Source of the DNA: Escherichia coli
Lineage (GTDB): Bacteria > Pseudomonadota > Gammaproteobacteria > Enterobacterales > Enterobacteriaceae
Strand: one strand, 5' to 3'
Assembly (NCBI RefSeq): GCF_022846255.1
Contig: NZ_AP025682.1
DNA length: 64,000 nt
Part shown: piece by piece, positions 44,355-54,939 of the stretch
Layout of the letters: every line of letters starts with the position of its first letter
Position numbering within the stretch: position 1 is the stretch's first letter
Position numbers and translations under genes: made by a program
Notes under the pieces: generated by a model
What the model was told of the DNA's origin: nothing
Database searches by the model: none
What the model saw: only the letters and a program-made list of their open reading frames with translations

Positions 44355-45086
44355 ATGAAAAAGTTAGTTCTTGCCGCATTACTTACTTCCTTTACTTTCG
44401 GTGCTTCTGCCGCAGAGAAAATCAATTTTGGCGTTTCAGCCACCTATCCACCCTTTGAATCTATAGGTGCTAATAATGAGATTGTCGGCTTTGATATCGA
44501 CCTGGCAAAAGCCTTGTGCAAACAAATGCAGGCAGAATGTACTTTTACTAATCACGCGTTCGACAGCCTGATCCCGTCACTGAAATTCAGAAAATATGAC
44601 GCCGTAATCTCCGGAATGGATATCACGCCGGAGCGTAGCAAACAGGTATCGTTTACCACGCCCTACTATGAAAACTCAGCCGTCGTGATTGCCAAAAAAG
44701 ATACCTACAAAACGTTTGCCGATCTGAAAGGCAAACGTATTGGGATGGAAAACGGCACCACGCACCAGAAATATATTCAGGATCAGCACCCGGAAGTGAA
44801 AACTGTCTCCTATGACAGTTATCAGAATGCCTTTATCGATCTGAAAAATGGCCGTATTGATGGCGTATTTGGTGACACCGCAGTGGTAAACGAATGGCTG
44901 AAAACCAATCCGCAACTGGGCGTTGCTACTGAAAAAGTGACCGATCCGCAATACTTCGGCACCGGCCTGGGTATCGCTGTACGTCCGGATAACAAAGCTC
45001 TGCTGGAAAAACTGAATAACGCGCTGGCAGCAATTAAAGCTGACGGTACATATCAGAAAATCAATGACCAGTGGTTCCCACAGTAA
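44355..45086 (+). CDS. artJ: arginine-binding periplasmic protein ArtJ
   Basis: ORF trimmed to MKKLVLAALLTSFTFGASA... (243 aa). Confidence 0.95.
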   Translation: MKKLVLAALLTSFTFGASAAEKINFGVSATYPPFESIGANNEIVGFDIDLAKALCKQMQAECTFTNHAFDSLIPSLKFRKYDAVISGMDITPERSKQVSFTTPYYENSAVVIAKKDTYKTFADLKGKRIGMENGTTHQKYIQDQHPEVKTVSYDSYQNAFIDLKNGRIDGVFGDTAVVNEWLKTNPQLGVATEKVTDPQYFGTGLGIAVRPDNKALLEKLNNALAAIKADGTYQKINDQWFPQ

Positions 45087-45092
45087 GATTCA

Positions 45093-45116
45093 GAAAGCCG
45101 CACCTGCGGCTTTTTT
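45093..45116. terminator. bidirectional terminator between convergent artJ and rlmC
   Basis: hairpin AAGCCGCA-CC-TGCGGCTT followed by a T6 tract. Confidence 0.5.
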
Positions 45117-46242
45117 ATTGCTTCACCAGCAGCGTCAGCACTTCATAGTGCGCGGTGTGCGGGAACATATCAAAAAGCTGTACCCGTTCGATGCGATAAC
45201 CAGGCAGTTCGCGGATATCTTTCGCCATAGTTTGGGCGTTACAGCTGGAGTAGATAATAAAACGCGGTGCCATCGTTGAGAGATAATCACACAGCGGTTT
45301 ACCGATGCCGCGGCGCGGCGGGTTAACCAGCACCAGCTCCGGCACTTCCCCCTGAGCGGTGGCAAACTGCGTAGAGTCCAGCGCCTGAAATTGCAAACGC
45401 GTTAAGCCCAGTTCAGCGGCTGACTGCTTCGCACAGGCAATGGCCTCTGGTGCAATTTCGATCCCGGTTAACTGCATGTCAGGCGTCGCGCAGTGTAAAC
45501 CAAAGCCACCCACACCGCAGAACAGATCCCACATATGTTTAACCGGCAGCTGTCGTACCCAGTCGCGCGCGGTGGCGTACAGCTGGCTGGCGACCGCCGG
45601 ATTAGTCTGGAAGAAACTTTGCGGACGGATCCACAGCGGTACGTCATTAAAACGCTCTGCCAGTGCCTGTTGTTCGGTCAGGTAGATCTCCGTCTCCCCT
45701 TCCATAATCGCCATATGTACCGGCTGAATATTGACGGTAATAACTTTCAGCTGCGGTAATTGTTCCTGTAACCACGGCAGCGCCTTACGCAGTTGCGCCA
45801 GTTTGGTATCAGAACGCAGTACAAAACGCAGCATCATGCCGCCATCGCTCTGGCTTTCAGTCAGCAGAATGTATTTCAGTTCACCACGTTTACGCGCCAC
45901 GTTGTAAGGCGTTAAACCCGCACGGGCGATAAACGGTTTTAGCGCCGCAAAAACGGGCGCAAATGAGGCTGGATAAAGCGGGCAGTCACAAAGGTCTTCC
46001 GGTGTACCATCCCGATGCAGCATACCGAGCAGTGGTTTTTCAACGCTACCACTCACCACCATTTTGGCTTTATTACGAAACCCTTGTTCCGGGCCTGACA
46101 CCGGCGCACACCATTCCTCAACCGGAAAATCGGCGAGCAGATTTTTAAGATCGACGGTTTTAGCGGAGAGTTGCTCTGGAATCGGCTGCGTTATCCACTG
46201 ACAGGAACGACAGCGACCCGCGTCGTAAAGTGCGCACTGCAT
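45115..46242 (-). CDS. rlmC: 23S rRNA (uracil747-C5)-methyltransferase RlmC
   Basis: 375-aa ORF with N-terminal Cys cluster ([13 protein letters not shown]) and SAM-methyltransferase fold. Confidence 0.93.
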
Positions 46243-46282
46243 ACATTGACCTTCACATCATCAGGGGCGACGATTATACACA

Positions 46283-46771
46283 TTATTGCAACTGGAAGAA
46301 CCGCCGACTGGTCGAGGGAACGAACAGCAGCATCAGGATGAGCATATCCGGCAGCTTCTGCAGCATCAGGCTATGGAAGATTTCACGTTTTGATTCACCG
46401 GGAATGCTGAACAGCTCCGGATAACCATACCCCAGCGAGGCCGCCCACAAGTAACTTGCGGCTGTGATTTGTGTCAACAGATACAGCCAGCGCGCCCAGC
46501 GACGCCCTTTCACCAGTGAAAACGCACACCAGATCTCAATGAAAACCAGCACCAGACTGCTCAAAAAGACCAGCGTTAAACTCCAGGTTTGTACGCTGCG
46601 ATGAATGAACTCGCCAATACCGCGCACGCCCAGCGTATTGAAAATCATCAGCACGTCGAGGCCACGGATCATAATAATGGCGAGCGCCGCCACCTGCACC
46701 AGCGCAGGCACATTCAGGCGAGCATGAGATGAAGATGTTTTCTTAAAAAATCCCAACGTTTCGTCTTCCAT
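46283..46771 (-). CDS. ybjO: inner-membrane protein YbjO
   Basis: 162-aa hydrophobic ORF in the recalled K-12 position. Confidence 0.85.
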   Translation of the reverse strand: MEDETLGFFKKTSSSHARLNVPALVQVAALAIIMIRGLDVLMIFNTLGVRGIGEFIHRSVQTWSLTLVFLSSLVLVFIEIWCAFSLVKGRRWARWLYLLTQITAASYLWAASLGYGYPELFSIPGESKREIFHSLMLQKLPDMLILMLLFVPSTSRRFFQLQ

Positions 46772-46830
46772 GAAAACAATGCCGCGACATGCGCGGCATT
46801 ATGTAGCCAGGTTGGCAAATTTTAGTGTCT

Positions 46831-47676
46831 TCAGCCACGTCTTGCACGCTGGATGTCGCGTATCCGCTGTTTTTCTGCGCGCGCCATCAGATACCAGGCG
46901 ATAAATCCGACAATTCCGACCGCGCCGAGGATCAATGTTGCCAGGGCGTTGATTTCCGGATTCACCCCCATCCGCACGCTGGAAAAGACCAGCATCGGTA
47001 AAGTGGTGGCTCCCGGCCCGGAAACAAAGCTGGCGATCACCAGATCATCAAGCGACAAAGTAAAAGCCAGTAACCAGCCAGAAATGATCGCGGGCATGAT
47101 CATCGGTAGCGTAATGACAAAAAACACTTTCAGCGGCGTCGCACCGAGATCCATCGCGGCTTCTTCTATCGAGCGATCCAGTTCCCGCAGACGCGACGAA
47201 ATAACGACTGCCACATAAGCCGTACAGAAAGTGACATGCGCCAGCCAGATGGTGAGCATACCGCGGTCCGCAGGCCAGCCAATAGCATGAGCAAGCGCGA
47301 CGAATAACAACAACAGCGACAAACCCGTGATGACATCTGGCATCACCAGCGGCGCGGTGATCATAAAGGCAAAACCATTTGATCCGCGAAACCTGCCAAA
47401 ACGCACCAACACCACCGCCGCAATCGTCCCGAGGATCGCCGCTGCCGTTGCCGCACAGGCTGCAATTGTCAGACTTAAACCAACCGCACTCATCATCGCG
47501 TCATCGCGCAATAATTCGCCATACCAGCGCGTTGACCAGCCGGCCCACACCGTCACCAGTTTCGAGCTGTTGAATGAATAGATAACCAGCATCAGCATTG
47601 GCGCGTAGAGAAAGGTGAAGCCCAGCAGCAAAATCACAATCCGCCAGGGCGAACGAACAACCGGTAAATTATTCAT
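46831..47676 (-). CDS. potI: putrescine ABC transporter permease PotI
   Basis: ORF trimmed to MNNLPVVRSPWRIVILLLGF... (281 aa); 4-bp overlap with potH. Confidence 0.9.
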   Translation of the reverse strand: MNNLPVVRSPWRIVILLLGFTFLYAPMLMLVIYSFNSSKLVTVWAGWSTRWYGELLRDDAMMSAVGLSLTIAACAATAAAILGTIAAVVLVRFGRFRGSNGFAFMITAPLVMPDVITGLSLLLLFVALAHAIGWPADRGMLTIWLAHVTFCTAYVAVVISSRLRELDRSIEEAAMDLGATPLKVFFVITLPMIMPAIISGWLLAFTLSLDDLVIASFVSGPGATTLPMLVFSSVRMGVNPEINALATLILGAVGIVGFIAWYLMARAEKQRIRDIQRARRG

Positions 47677-48626
47677 CCGTGTTCTCCCACGCTTTTTTGC
47701 TGGTGTTTGTGAAACCACATTATCGGCACAATTAGCAGCAGCAACATGATGATCGCTACCGCCGAGGCTACCGGCCAGTCGCGGTTGTTAAAGAACTCCT
47801 GCCACAGCACGCGCCCGATCATGATGCTGTCCGGGCCACCGAGCAGTTCCGGGATCACAAACTCGCCCACAGCAGGGATAAACACCAGCATCGATCCGGC
47901 AATAATCCCCCCTTTGGTGAGTGGCATGATCACGGTAAAGAACGTTTTCAGCGGTCGTGCACCGAGATCCAGTGCCGCTTCTACCAGCGAATAATCAATA
48001 CGAATCAACGCGGTGTAAATCGGCAGCACCATAAACGGCACGTAGGCGTAAACAATGCCAATATAAACCGCAAAGTTGGTATGCAGAATGGTCAGCGGTT
48101 GATCGATAACCCCCAGCCACAGCAGAAAATTATTCAGCACACCGTTGTTTTTTAATATTCCCATCCAGGCGTAGACACGAATCAGAAACGAGGTCCACGA
48201 CGGCAGGATCACCAGTAGTAATAAGATATTACGGGTCGAAGGCTTACTGTGCGCCACCGCCCACGCCAGCGGATAGCCGATCAGTAAACAGCAAATAGTC
48301 GAAATCGCCGCCACCTGTAACGACTGGAGATAAGCATCAAAATAGAGCGGATCGTCGGTCAGTTGCAGAAAATTACCGAGATTAAGAGTGATAGAAAGTT
48401 GCCCGTCAGCCCACTCCATCAATTCGGTATAAGGTGGAATAGCGCGCGCCATCTCCGCCAGGCTTATTTTAAAGACGATCAGAAATGGCAGCAGAAACAG
48501 CAAGATCAACCAGATATATGGCAACGCAATGACCAGTTTGCGCCCATGCTTCATTTGCAGCTGCGACAACCACAGCTTAAATCCGCCCGGCGGTTTCGAC
48601 TGGGCAGCAGGTTCAAGTGTACTCAT
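47673..48626 (-). CDS. potH: putrescine ABC transporter permease PotH
   Basis: 317-aa membrane ORF. Confidence 0.93.
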   Translation of the reverse strand: MSTLEPAAQSKPPGGFKLWLSQLQMKHGRKLVIALPYIWLILLFLLPFLIVFKISLAEMARAIPPYTELMEWADGQLSITLNLGNFLQLTDDPLYFDAYLQSLQVAAISTICCLLIGYPLAWAVAHSKPSTRNILLLLVILPSWTSFLIRVYAWMGILKNNGVLNNFLLWLGVIDQPLTILHTNFAVYIGIVYAYVPFMVLPIYTALIRIDYSLVEAALDLGARPLKTFFTVIMPLTKGGIIAGSMLVFIPAVGEFVIPELLGGPDSIMIGRVLWQEFFNNRDWPVASAVAIIMLLLLIVPIMWFHKHQQKSVGEHG

Positions 48627-48635
48627 CTTTGCTCC

Positions 48636-49769
48636 TTAAACCGTCAGCACCACACAGCTGTCCACTTCCCAGCACAAACGTACTTCGTCGCCCCAGGTCG
48701 GTAACCCTTTACGATGACGATGGGCGTTTTGTAGCTGGGCGCTGATCATCTGCCCACTTTTCAGACGAACGTGATACACCGAAAGATCGCCGAGATAGGC
48801 AATGTGTATCACCTCCCCCACCGCGAAGTTACAACCATTGGCGGGCGGCTCTTCGCAAAGCATGATTTTTTCCGGACGCAGCGCTACGTGTACCGGCACG
48901 TTATCAACCACTGAAGCATCTGCATCGACTTTCAGTGGGTGCACCAGTCCCGGCGAATAAAGCACCAGACCATCTTCCTGACGCTCTTTGAGTACACCTT
49001 CAAAGACATTAACCGAACCGATAAATTCAGCGCTATAGCGGGTGGTCGGATGCTCGTAGATCTCTTCCGGTTCGCCAATCTGGACAAATTTCCCACGATT
49101 CATAATGGCGATACGCCCCGCCATGGTCATCGCCTCTTCCTGATCGTGGGTGACCATCACACAAGTCACACCGACACGCTCCAGAATATCCACCACTTCA
49201 AGCTGCATCCGGTCACGCAGCTTTTTATCCAGCGCGCCCATCGGCTCATCGAGCAGTAATAGTTTCGGGCGCTTGGCAAGGCTTCTGGCCAGGGCCACAC
49301 GCTGACGCTGACCACCGGAAAGCTGATGCGGTTTGCGTTTGGCGAACTCCTGCATATGCACCAGCCCAAGCATCTCATTGACCCGGCTGGCAATTTCCGC
49401 TTTCGGTAGTTTGTCCTGTTTCAGGCCAAAAGCGATGTTCTGTTCCACGGTCATATGCGGAAACAGCGCGTAAGACTGAAACATCATATTGATGGGGCGC
49501 AGGTAAGGCGGCACCTGTGACAAATCGACGCCATCGAGCATAATCTGCCCGGCAGAAGGTTGTTCAAAACCTGCCAGCATACGCAGCAGCGTGGACTTGC
49601 CACAGCCGGATGCGCCCAGCAGCGCGAAGATTTCACCTTTGTAGATGGTCAGGCTGACATCATCCACCGCATGTTGACCATCGTAGGATTTGGTCAGGTT
49701 ACGGATTTCTAATAGCGGCGTCAGCGCCTTACGGGTTTTCGCCTGCGGGCGAGGGATAGCGTCATTCAC
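48636..49769 (-). CDS. potG: putrescine ABC transporter ATP-binding protein PotG
   Basis: ORF 48636..49850 trimmed to the GTG at 49769 (VNDAIPRPQAKTRK...), 377 aa; Walker A GASGCGKST. Confidence 0.9.
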   Translation of the reverse strand: MNDAIPRPQAKTRKALTPLLEIRNLTKSYDGQHAVDDVSLTIYKGEIFALLGASGCGKSTLLRMLAGFEQPSAGQIMLDGVDLSQVPPYLRPINMMFQSYALFPHMTVEQNIAFGLKQDKLPKAEIASRVNEMLGLVHMQEFAKRKPHQLSGGQRQRVALARSLAKRPKLLLLDEPMGALDKKLRDRMQLEVVDILERVGVTCVMVTHDQEEAMTMAGRIAIMNRGKFVQIGEPEEIYEHPTTRYSAEFIGSVNVFEGVLKERQEDGLVLYSPGLVHPLKVDADASVVDNVPVHVALRPEKIMLCEEPPANGCNFAVGEVIHIAYLGDLSVYHVRLKSGQMISAQLQNAHRHRKGLPTWGDEVRLCWEVDSCVVLTV

Positions 49770-49863
49770 GGCTGCTCTCCGGCATTGAATGTGTGCAAGC
49801 GCACCATGATGGTGCGAATTGCCGGCGGGTGTGGTGCGCCCGTCCGGCATCTACGGCTGCGGA

Positions 49864-50976
49864 TTATTTTCCGCTCTTCACTTTGGTCCACGCGCGGGTG
49901 CGCACACGGTCGATTTTCGGGTCCTGCACTTTCAGAGTGAACAGCTTCGCACGAACATCCGCAGGCGGATAAATACCCGGGTTATCACGGACTTCCGCAC
50001 TCACCAGCGGCGTGGCTGCTTTATTGGCGTTAGCATAGAACACATGGTCAGAGATATGTGCCACCACATCAGGACGCAGCAGGTAATTCAGGAACTGATA
50101 GGCTTCGTCTTTGTTTTTGGCATCCGCAGGCATGGCGAATACATCAAAGAACGCCATCGCCCCTTCTTTTGGAATCGAGAACGAGACATTCACGCCATTC
50201 TTCGCTTCCTTCGCGCGGTTTGACGCCTGCCAGACATCGCCCGCCCAGCCAATAGCGACACAGATGTCACCATTCGCCAGATCATTGATGTATTGGGATG
50301 AATGGAAATAACGAATGTTCGGGCGCAGCTTTAACAGCAGATCGGTAGCCGGTCCGGTGTAATCATCCGCTTTAGTGCTGTTAGGATCTTTGCCGAGATA
50401 ATTCAGCACGGTAGCAAACACTTCTTCTGGCGCATCGAGGAAAGAGACACCGCAGCTTTTCAGTTTTTCCAGATTTTCAGGTTTGAGGATCAAGTCCCAG
50501 CTATCGACGGGCGCGTTTTCGCCCAGCACCGCTTTAACTTTATCGACGTTATAGCCAATCCCGGTCGTCGCCCACATATAGGGCATAGCAAATTTATTGT
50601 CGGGATCGTGTTTGGCGACCAACTTCAGCAGCTCCGGATCGAGATTCTTCCACTCCGGCAATTTGCTTTTATCCAGCGGCTGGAAAACTCCCGCTGTCAG
50701 CTGGCGCTCAAGAAAGCTTGCTGACGGCACCACCAGATCAAAGCCGGTGCTCCCCGCCATTAATTTGCCTTCCAGTACTTCGTTAGAATCGAAAACATCG
50801 TAGACGACTTTAATACCGGTTTCTTTTTCAAAGTTGGCCACCGTGTCCGGGGCGATATAATCAGACCAGTTATAAATGTGGAGTGTTTTTTGTTCAGCCG
50901 CGAGCGTGCTGACAGAGACGGCCATCAGAGCCCCCGCAACCAGACCCGATAGCCATTTTTTATTTAAGGCGGTCAT
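49864..50976 (-). CDS. potF: putrescine-binding periplasmic protein PotF
   Basis: ORF 49864..51120 trimmed to MTALNKKWLSGLVAGALMAVSVSTLAA... (370 aa); RBS present. Confidence 0.92.
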   Translation of the reverse strand: MTALNKKWLSGLVAGALMAVSVSTLAAEQKTLHIYNWSDYIAPDTVANFEKETGIKVVYDVFDSNEVLEGKLMAGSTGFDLVVPSASFLERQLTAGVFQPLDKSKLPEWKNLDPELLKLVAKHDPDNKFAMPYMWATTGIGYNVDKVKAVLGENAPVDSWDLILKPENLEKLKSCGVSFLDAPEEVFATVLNYLGKDPNSTKADDYTGPATDLLLKLRPNIRYFHSSQYINDLANGDICVAIGWAGDVWQASNRAKEAKNGVNVSFSIPKEGAMAFFDVFAMPADAKNKDEAYQFLNYLLRPDVVAHISDHVFYANANKAATPLVSAEVRDNPGIYPPADVRAKLFTLKVQDPKIDRVRTRAWTKVKSGK

Positions 50977-51034
50977 ATCTCTTTCCTTCTGAAAATTCGT
51001 TAACAAACGAACAAAAGTTGTCACACTGAAAGAT

Positions 51035-51051
51035 ATGCAATAAACGTGCAT
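51035..51051 (-). promoter_or_regulatory. candidate sigma54 (-24/-12) promoter for potFGHI
   Basis: minus strand reads aTGCACG-TTTA-TTGCAt, a partial match to TGGCACG-N4-TTGCW; potFGHI recalled as Ntr-regulated. Confidence 0.3.
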
Positions 51052-51325
51052 ATTTTTATCGGCGCGGTGTAAGAAAAGAGAACTCTCTCCCGGCCTGCAC
51101 TGCTCACTATATAAAAGCATCGCAAGAATAACTTTAGCCAGGGTTTGAGACTATAGCTCGGATTAAAAAACGGTATTTAACAAATTTTTATGCGTATTTG
51201 CTCTATGTGATAAAGCCAAATCGGCACAAGAGAAGTGAATTAATCTTTAATAAAAGGTTAAAAACAGCGGATAATTTTGCGGCACGCAGTCACTGCGGCA
51301 GCGACTGCGTGCTCGAAAGGAGTTA

Positions 51326-51802
51326 TCAGTGGAGGAAATAGTTTTCGGTAACGTTATTTTGCCCTTCATCGTCAGTCGGTAACAGCAGTTGATGGGCATT
51401 AGCTTCAAGAATGACCATCGAAATCTGCTCTTCGCTCTGACGCACGAACCATGCAAACTGCTCATAGGTTACGCCCTGCATAACGGATAAAGACTGGCAA
51501 ACCACCAGCTTTGGCAGATTATCATCCTGCATATCAAGAAATGCTTTCACGGTCAGCGAACTGGCATTGATGGCTGATAAATCCGCCGCCAGCGGCAATA
51601 CAGCTGAAGGTCGGACTTCCGCCATGGCAGAAAACAGGATCGTGTTATCGATCAGATCGATTTTAGCATCAAAGACACCGTCGAAATTCTGCATATGGGG
51701 CAGATGCAGAGCCTGACAGTTATCACATTCAAAAAAACTCATCCCCAGGTCATCGAGCCATTGACGCAACGTATCCAGACCAGGAACGACCAGCGATGTC
51801 AT
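51326..51802 (-). CDS. ybjN: YbjN-family protein (putative sensory transduction regulator)
   Basis: ORF trimmed to MTSLVVPGLDTLRQWLDDL... (158 aa). Confidence 0.85.
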   Translation of the reverse strand: MTSLVVPGLDTLRQWLDDLGMSFFECDNCQALHLPHMQNFDGVFDAKIDLIDNTILFSAMAEVRPSAVLPLAADLSAINASSLTVKAFLDMQDDNLPKLVVCQSLSVMQGVTYEQFAWFVRQSEEQISMVILEANAHQLLLPTDDEGQNNVTENYFLH

Positions 51803-51889
51803 AATTTTGTACAACCTCTTCCGATAAAAAGACCGGCACAGCTTACGCAAAAAGCGCAGGCAAAACCATGATCAGTAATGTGATTGCGA

Positions 51890-52792
51890 CTAACCACCCG
51901 TTTTCAGGCAATATTCTGTCGTAGCGTGGCGTTCGATCCAGCGGATCATTTTACCCGCGATGTCGATACCGGTGGTTTTTTCTATTCCTTCCAGCCCTGG
52001 CGACGCATTCACTTCCATCACCAACGGCCCGCGATTAGCACGCAGAATATCCACACCAGCAACGTCCAGCGCCATCGTTCGCGCGGCTTTTATCGCGATT
52101 TCACGCTCCTGTGGTGTGATACTGGCGACGCTTGCCGCGCCGCCACGATGCAAATTGGAACGAAAATCGCCCTCTTTCGCTCGCCGTTCAATCGCAGCGA
52201 CTACTTCATCGCCAACAACCAGACAGCGGATATCGCACCCTTGCGCCTCTTTGATATATTCCTGCACCAGAATATGCGCGTTCAGACCGCGGAAAGCGTC
52301 AATCACGCTTTCGGCCGCCTGACGCGTCTCCGCCAGCACGACACCAATTCCCTGCGTGCCTTCAACCAGCTTGACCACCAGCGGCGCACCACCGACCATG
52401 TCGATTAAATCGCTGGTATCATCCGGCGAATGCGCAATGCCCGTGACAGGCAGGTCGATGCCCTGACGCGCCAGCAGTTGCATGGAACGCAATTTGTCAC
52501 GCGCCCGGGCAATGGCGACCGACTCATTGAGCGGATAGCTCCCCAGCATCTCGAACTGGCGCAGTGCCGCCGTCCCATAAAAGGTAATGGCGGTGCCAAT
52601 ACGCGGGATCACTGCGTCAAAATGGGGTAACTTGCGGCCTTTGTAGTGAATAGAAGACGCCGCAGGATTTATGTTCATGTAGCAAGAAAGCGGATCAAGA
52701 ATTTCAACCAGGTGACCACGCTGTATAGCGGCTTCACGCAGCCGCTTACACGAATAGAGCGTTCCATCCCGGGACAATATGGCAATTTTCAC
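51890..52792 (-). CDS. rimK: ribosomal protein S6 glutamate ligase RimK
   Basis: 300-aa ORF with ATP-grasp fold. Confidence 0.95.
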   Translation of the reverse strand: MKIAILSRDGTLYSCKRLREAAIQRGHLVEILDPLSCYMNINPAASSIHYKGRKLPHFDAVIPRIGTAITFYGTAALRQFEMLGSYPLNESVAIARARDKLRSMQLLARQGIDLPVTGIAHSPDDTSDLIDMVGGAPLVVKLVEGTQGIGVVLAETRQAAESVIDAFRGLNAHILVQEYIKEAQGCDIRCLVVGDEVVAAIERRAKEGDFRSNLHRGGAASVASITPQEREIAIKAARTMALDVAGVDILRANRGPLVMEVNASPGLEGIEKTTGIDIAGKMIRWIERHATTEYCLKTGG

Positions 52793-52852
52793 CCTGCACC
52801 TCTCTGTCAGACCTGGTCAAAAGCCCGCGTATCATACATCGACGTGGCAGTT

Positions 52853-53575
52853 TTAGCGCGTCGCCCAACCCTGTTTGTGCAAATAATCCAGAATAAATGG
52901 GCGGCTTTCTTTAATGATTGTTCGGCGGATATGATCGCTCCAGGTATCCCGGCGATTATTGCTGCCACGGGTGAGGTAATATTCCGCCAGTTGCTCGTCA
53001 TACTGCGCCAGTGCGTCTTTATCCAGCGGTTGATAGCTGTTTTCATGCACCAAAATGGAGGCTGGTAAACGCGGCTTAAGATCCGGATTATCCGCAGGCC
53101 AGCCAAGGCACAGCCCAAACAGCGGCAGAACATGCTGCGGTAATTTCAGCAGTTCCGTCACCGCTTCAATATTATTGCGCAGGCCGCCGATATATACCCC
53201 GCCCAATCCCAGCGATTCCGCTGCGGTTAATGCATTCTGCGCCATCATTGCCGTATCAACGACACCGAGCAACAGTTGTTCCGCCAGGCCGAGCTGAGCA
53301 TCCGGACAGATCTGTAAATGGCGGTTAAAGTCGGCACAGAACACCCAAAACTCCGCCGCTTGCGCTACGTGTTTTTGCCTGCCGGTCAGCGTTACCAGTT
53401 CTTCACGTAACGCTTTGTCGGTAATGCGAATAATGCTACTGCACTGCAAAAAACTGGAACTGGACGTCGCACGGGCGCTGTTAATAATCGCCTCACGCTG
53501 CGCTTCGGAAATGGGTTCATCAGTGAAATGGCGAATGGAGCGATGGCCACAAATAAGTTCAATGGTTGGCGTCAT
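52853..53575 (-). CDS. nfsA: oxygen-insensitive NADPH nitroreductase NfsA
   Basis: 240-aa ORF MTPTIELICGHRSIRHFTDEPISEAQREAIINSARA... Confidence 0.95.
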   Translation of the reverse strand: MTPTIELICGHRSIRHFTDEPISEAQREAIINSARATSSSSFLQCSSIIRITDKALREELVTLTGRQKHVAQAAEFWVFCADFNRHLQICPDAQLGLAEQLLLGVVDTAMMAQNALTAAESLGLGGVYIGGLRNNIEAVTELLKLPQHVLPLFGLCLGWPADNPDLKPRLPASILVHENSYQPLDKDALAQYDEQLAEYYLTRGSNNRRDTWSDHIRRTIIKESRPFILDYLHKQGWATR

Positions 53576-53846
53576 TATCTTTTTCTCTTTCTGAACGTGA
53601 ATATTGCGGTGGATGGTTCATCAGCTGTGGGGCAAGACGTTTTGCCACCTGAAGAATAACCACCACCGCAGCGGGAATCATGAGCAAAACACCGAGAAAA
53701 ATCATCAGAATCTGCACTTCTGGCCGAGAAAATGGCTCAGGTAGCGACAGGGAGTCGCTTACCGACAGCAGCGCCACCGCCAGCAACATCATTCCGATAA
53801 ATTCCAGTATCAACACGCTTTTAGGCAATTTACCGATCGCGCGCAT
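53559..53846 (-). CDS. ybjC: small membrane protein YbjC
   Basis: 95-aa hydrophobic ORF overlapping the nfsA start. Confidence 0.85.
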   Translation of the reverse strand: MRAIGKLPKSVLILEFIGMMLLAVALLSVSDSLSLPEPFSRPEVQILMIFLGVLLMIPAAVVVILQVAKRLAPQLMNHPPQYSRSEREKDNDANH

Positions 53847-54005
53847 ACGCTTCCCTCTGCAAAGTGAGCCTTCAGTCTAAAACTTTTCACTGTATTGTGT
53901 TTAACAGTTATAGCTTTTAGCAATTAATGCAACAGGTTAAACCTACTTTCAGCGAATACATTTTAGCGTGATCATTACAGGTATAAATCTATGAGGAGAG
54001 AAATA

Positions 54006-54263
54006 ATGCAAACCGTTATTTTTGGTCGTCCGGGTTGCCCTTACTGTGTGCGTGCAAAAGATCTGGCTGAGAAATTGAGCAATGAACGCGATGATTTCCA
54101 GTATCAGTATGTAGATATTCGTGCGGAAGGGATCACTAAAGAAGATCTACAACAAAAGGCAGGAAAACCCGTAGAAACCGTGCCGCAGATTTTTGTCGAT
54201 CAGCAACATATCGGCGGCTATACCGATTTTGCTGCATGGGTGAAAGAGAATCTGGACGCCTGA
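54006..54263 (+). CDS. grxA: glutaredoxin 1
   Basis: ORF trimmed to MQTVIFGRPGCPYCVRAKDLAEKL... (85 aa); CPYC active site. Confidence 0.95.
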   Translation: MQTVIFGRPGCPYCVRAKDLAEKLSNERDDFQYQYVDIRAEGITKEDLQQKAGKPVETVPQIFVDQQHIGGYTDFAAWVKENLDA

Positions 54264-54274
54264 TCGTCTGACAA

Positions 54275-54298
54275 GCCCTCGCGTTGAGGGCTTTATTG
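54275..54298. terminator. terminator between convergent grxA and ybjM
   Basis: hairpin GCCCTC-GCGTT-GAGGGC followed by TTTATTGATTTTTT. Confidence 0.5.
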
Positions 54299-54670
54299 AT
54301 TTTTTCTGTGCTGTGGTTTAAACAAACTACTGATAAATAAGAAACACAATGCCCCCAGCGCACACCAGAACACCGCACTTAATAACCATGCCAGCTCTTG
54401 CCAGAATGAGCGCGTCGGTGAAAAAAACAGCCGCATAATGAGCATCGAACAGGGTGCCGCCAGCATTGCGCCAAACAGAGGTTTCAGGACTTCTCTACGA
54501 TGTGAAAAGAAGCTGGCAACTGCACCAGGAAGAATGAAAAATAGCAAACCGATTTCAGGATGCCCGGCAGCCCGAAAAGCGCCTTTCATGTGCGTCGCCA
54601 GAAAAAGACACACCACAATGAAGAGGACAAAACAGCAGATTGCCCCCGCCCAACGTTGTTTATGTTTCAC
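54293..54670 (-). CDS. ybjM: inner-membrane protein YbjM
   Basis: 125-aa hydrophobic ORF. Confidence 0.85.
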   Translation of the reverse strand: MKHKQRWAGAICCFVLFIVVCLFLATHMKGAFRAAGHPEIGLLFFILPGAVASFFSHRREVLKPLFGAMLAAPCSMLIMRLFFSPTRSFWQELAWLLSAVFWCALGALCFLFISSLFKPQHRKNQ

Positions 54671-54939
54671 TCGTTCCTCCTGACACTGCGTCTATCGAAC
54701 ACATTTTTCGCCAGTGTGGCGTTCAGTAAGATAAAGCCGCTTCGCATTCCATGCTAATATAGGCCAACGCAATTCATATAGCCGTTGATACCTAATGTGA
54801 TTACACTAGTAAAATATATTGTTACTTTACTATCGTTTAGGTGCGCTGAATGAATCTGCGCCCTGAATTCTGGTAAAAAACATTATCGTAAATTACCATT
54901 TCTTTCAACAGCTTACTAGTAAACAAGAAGTTAGCCTCC

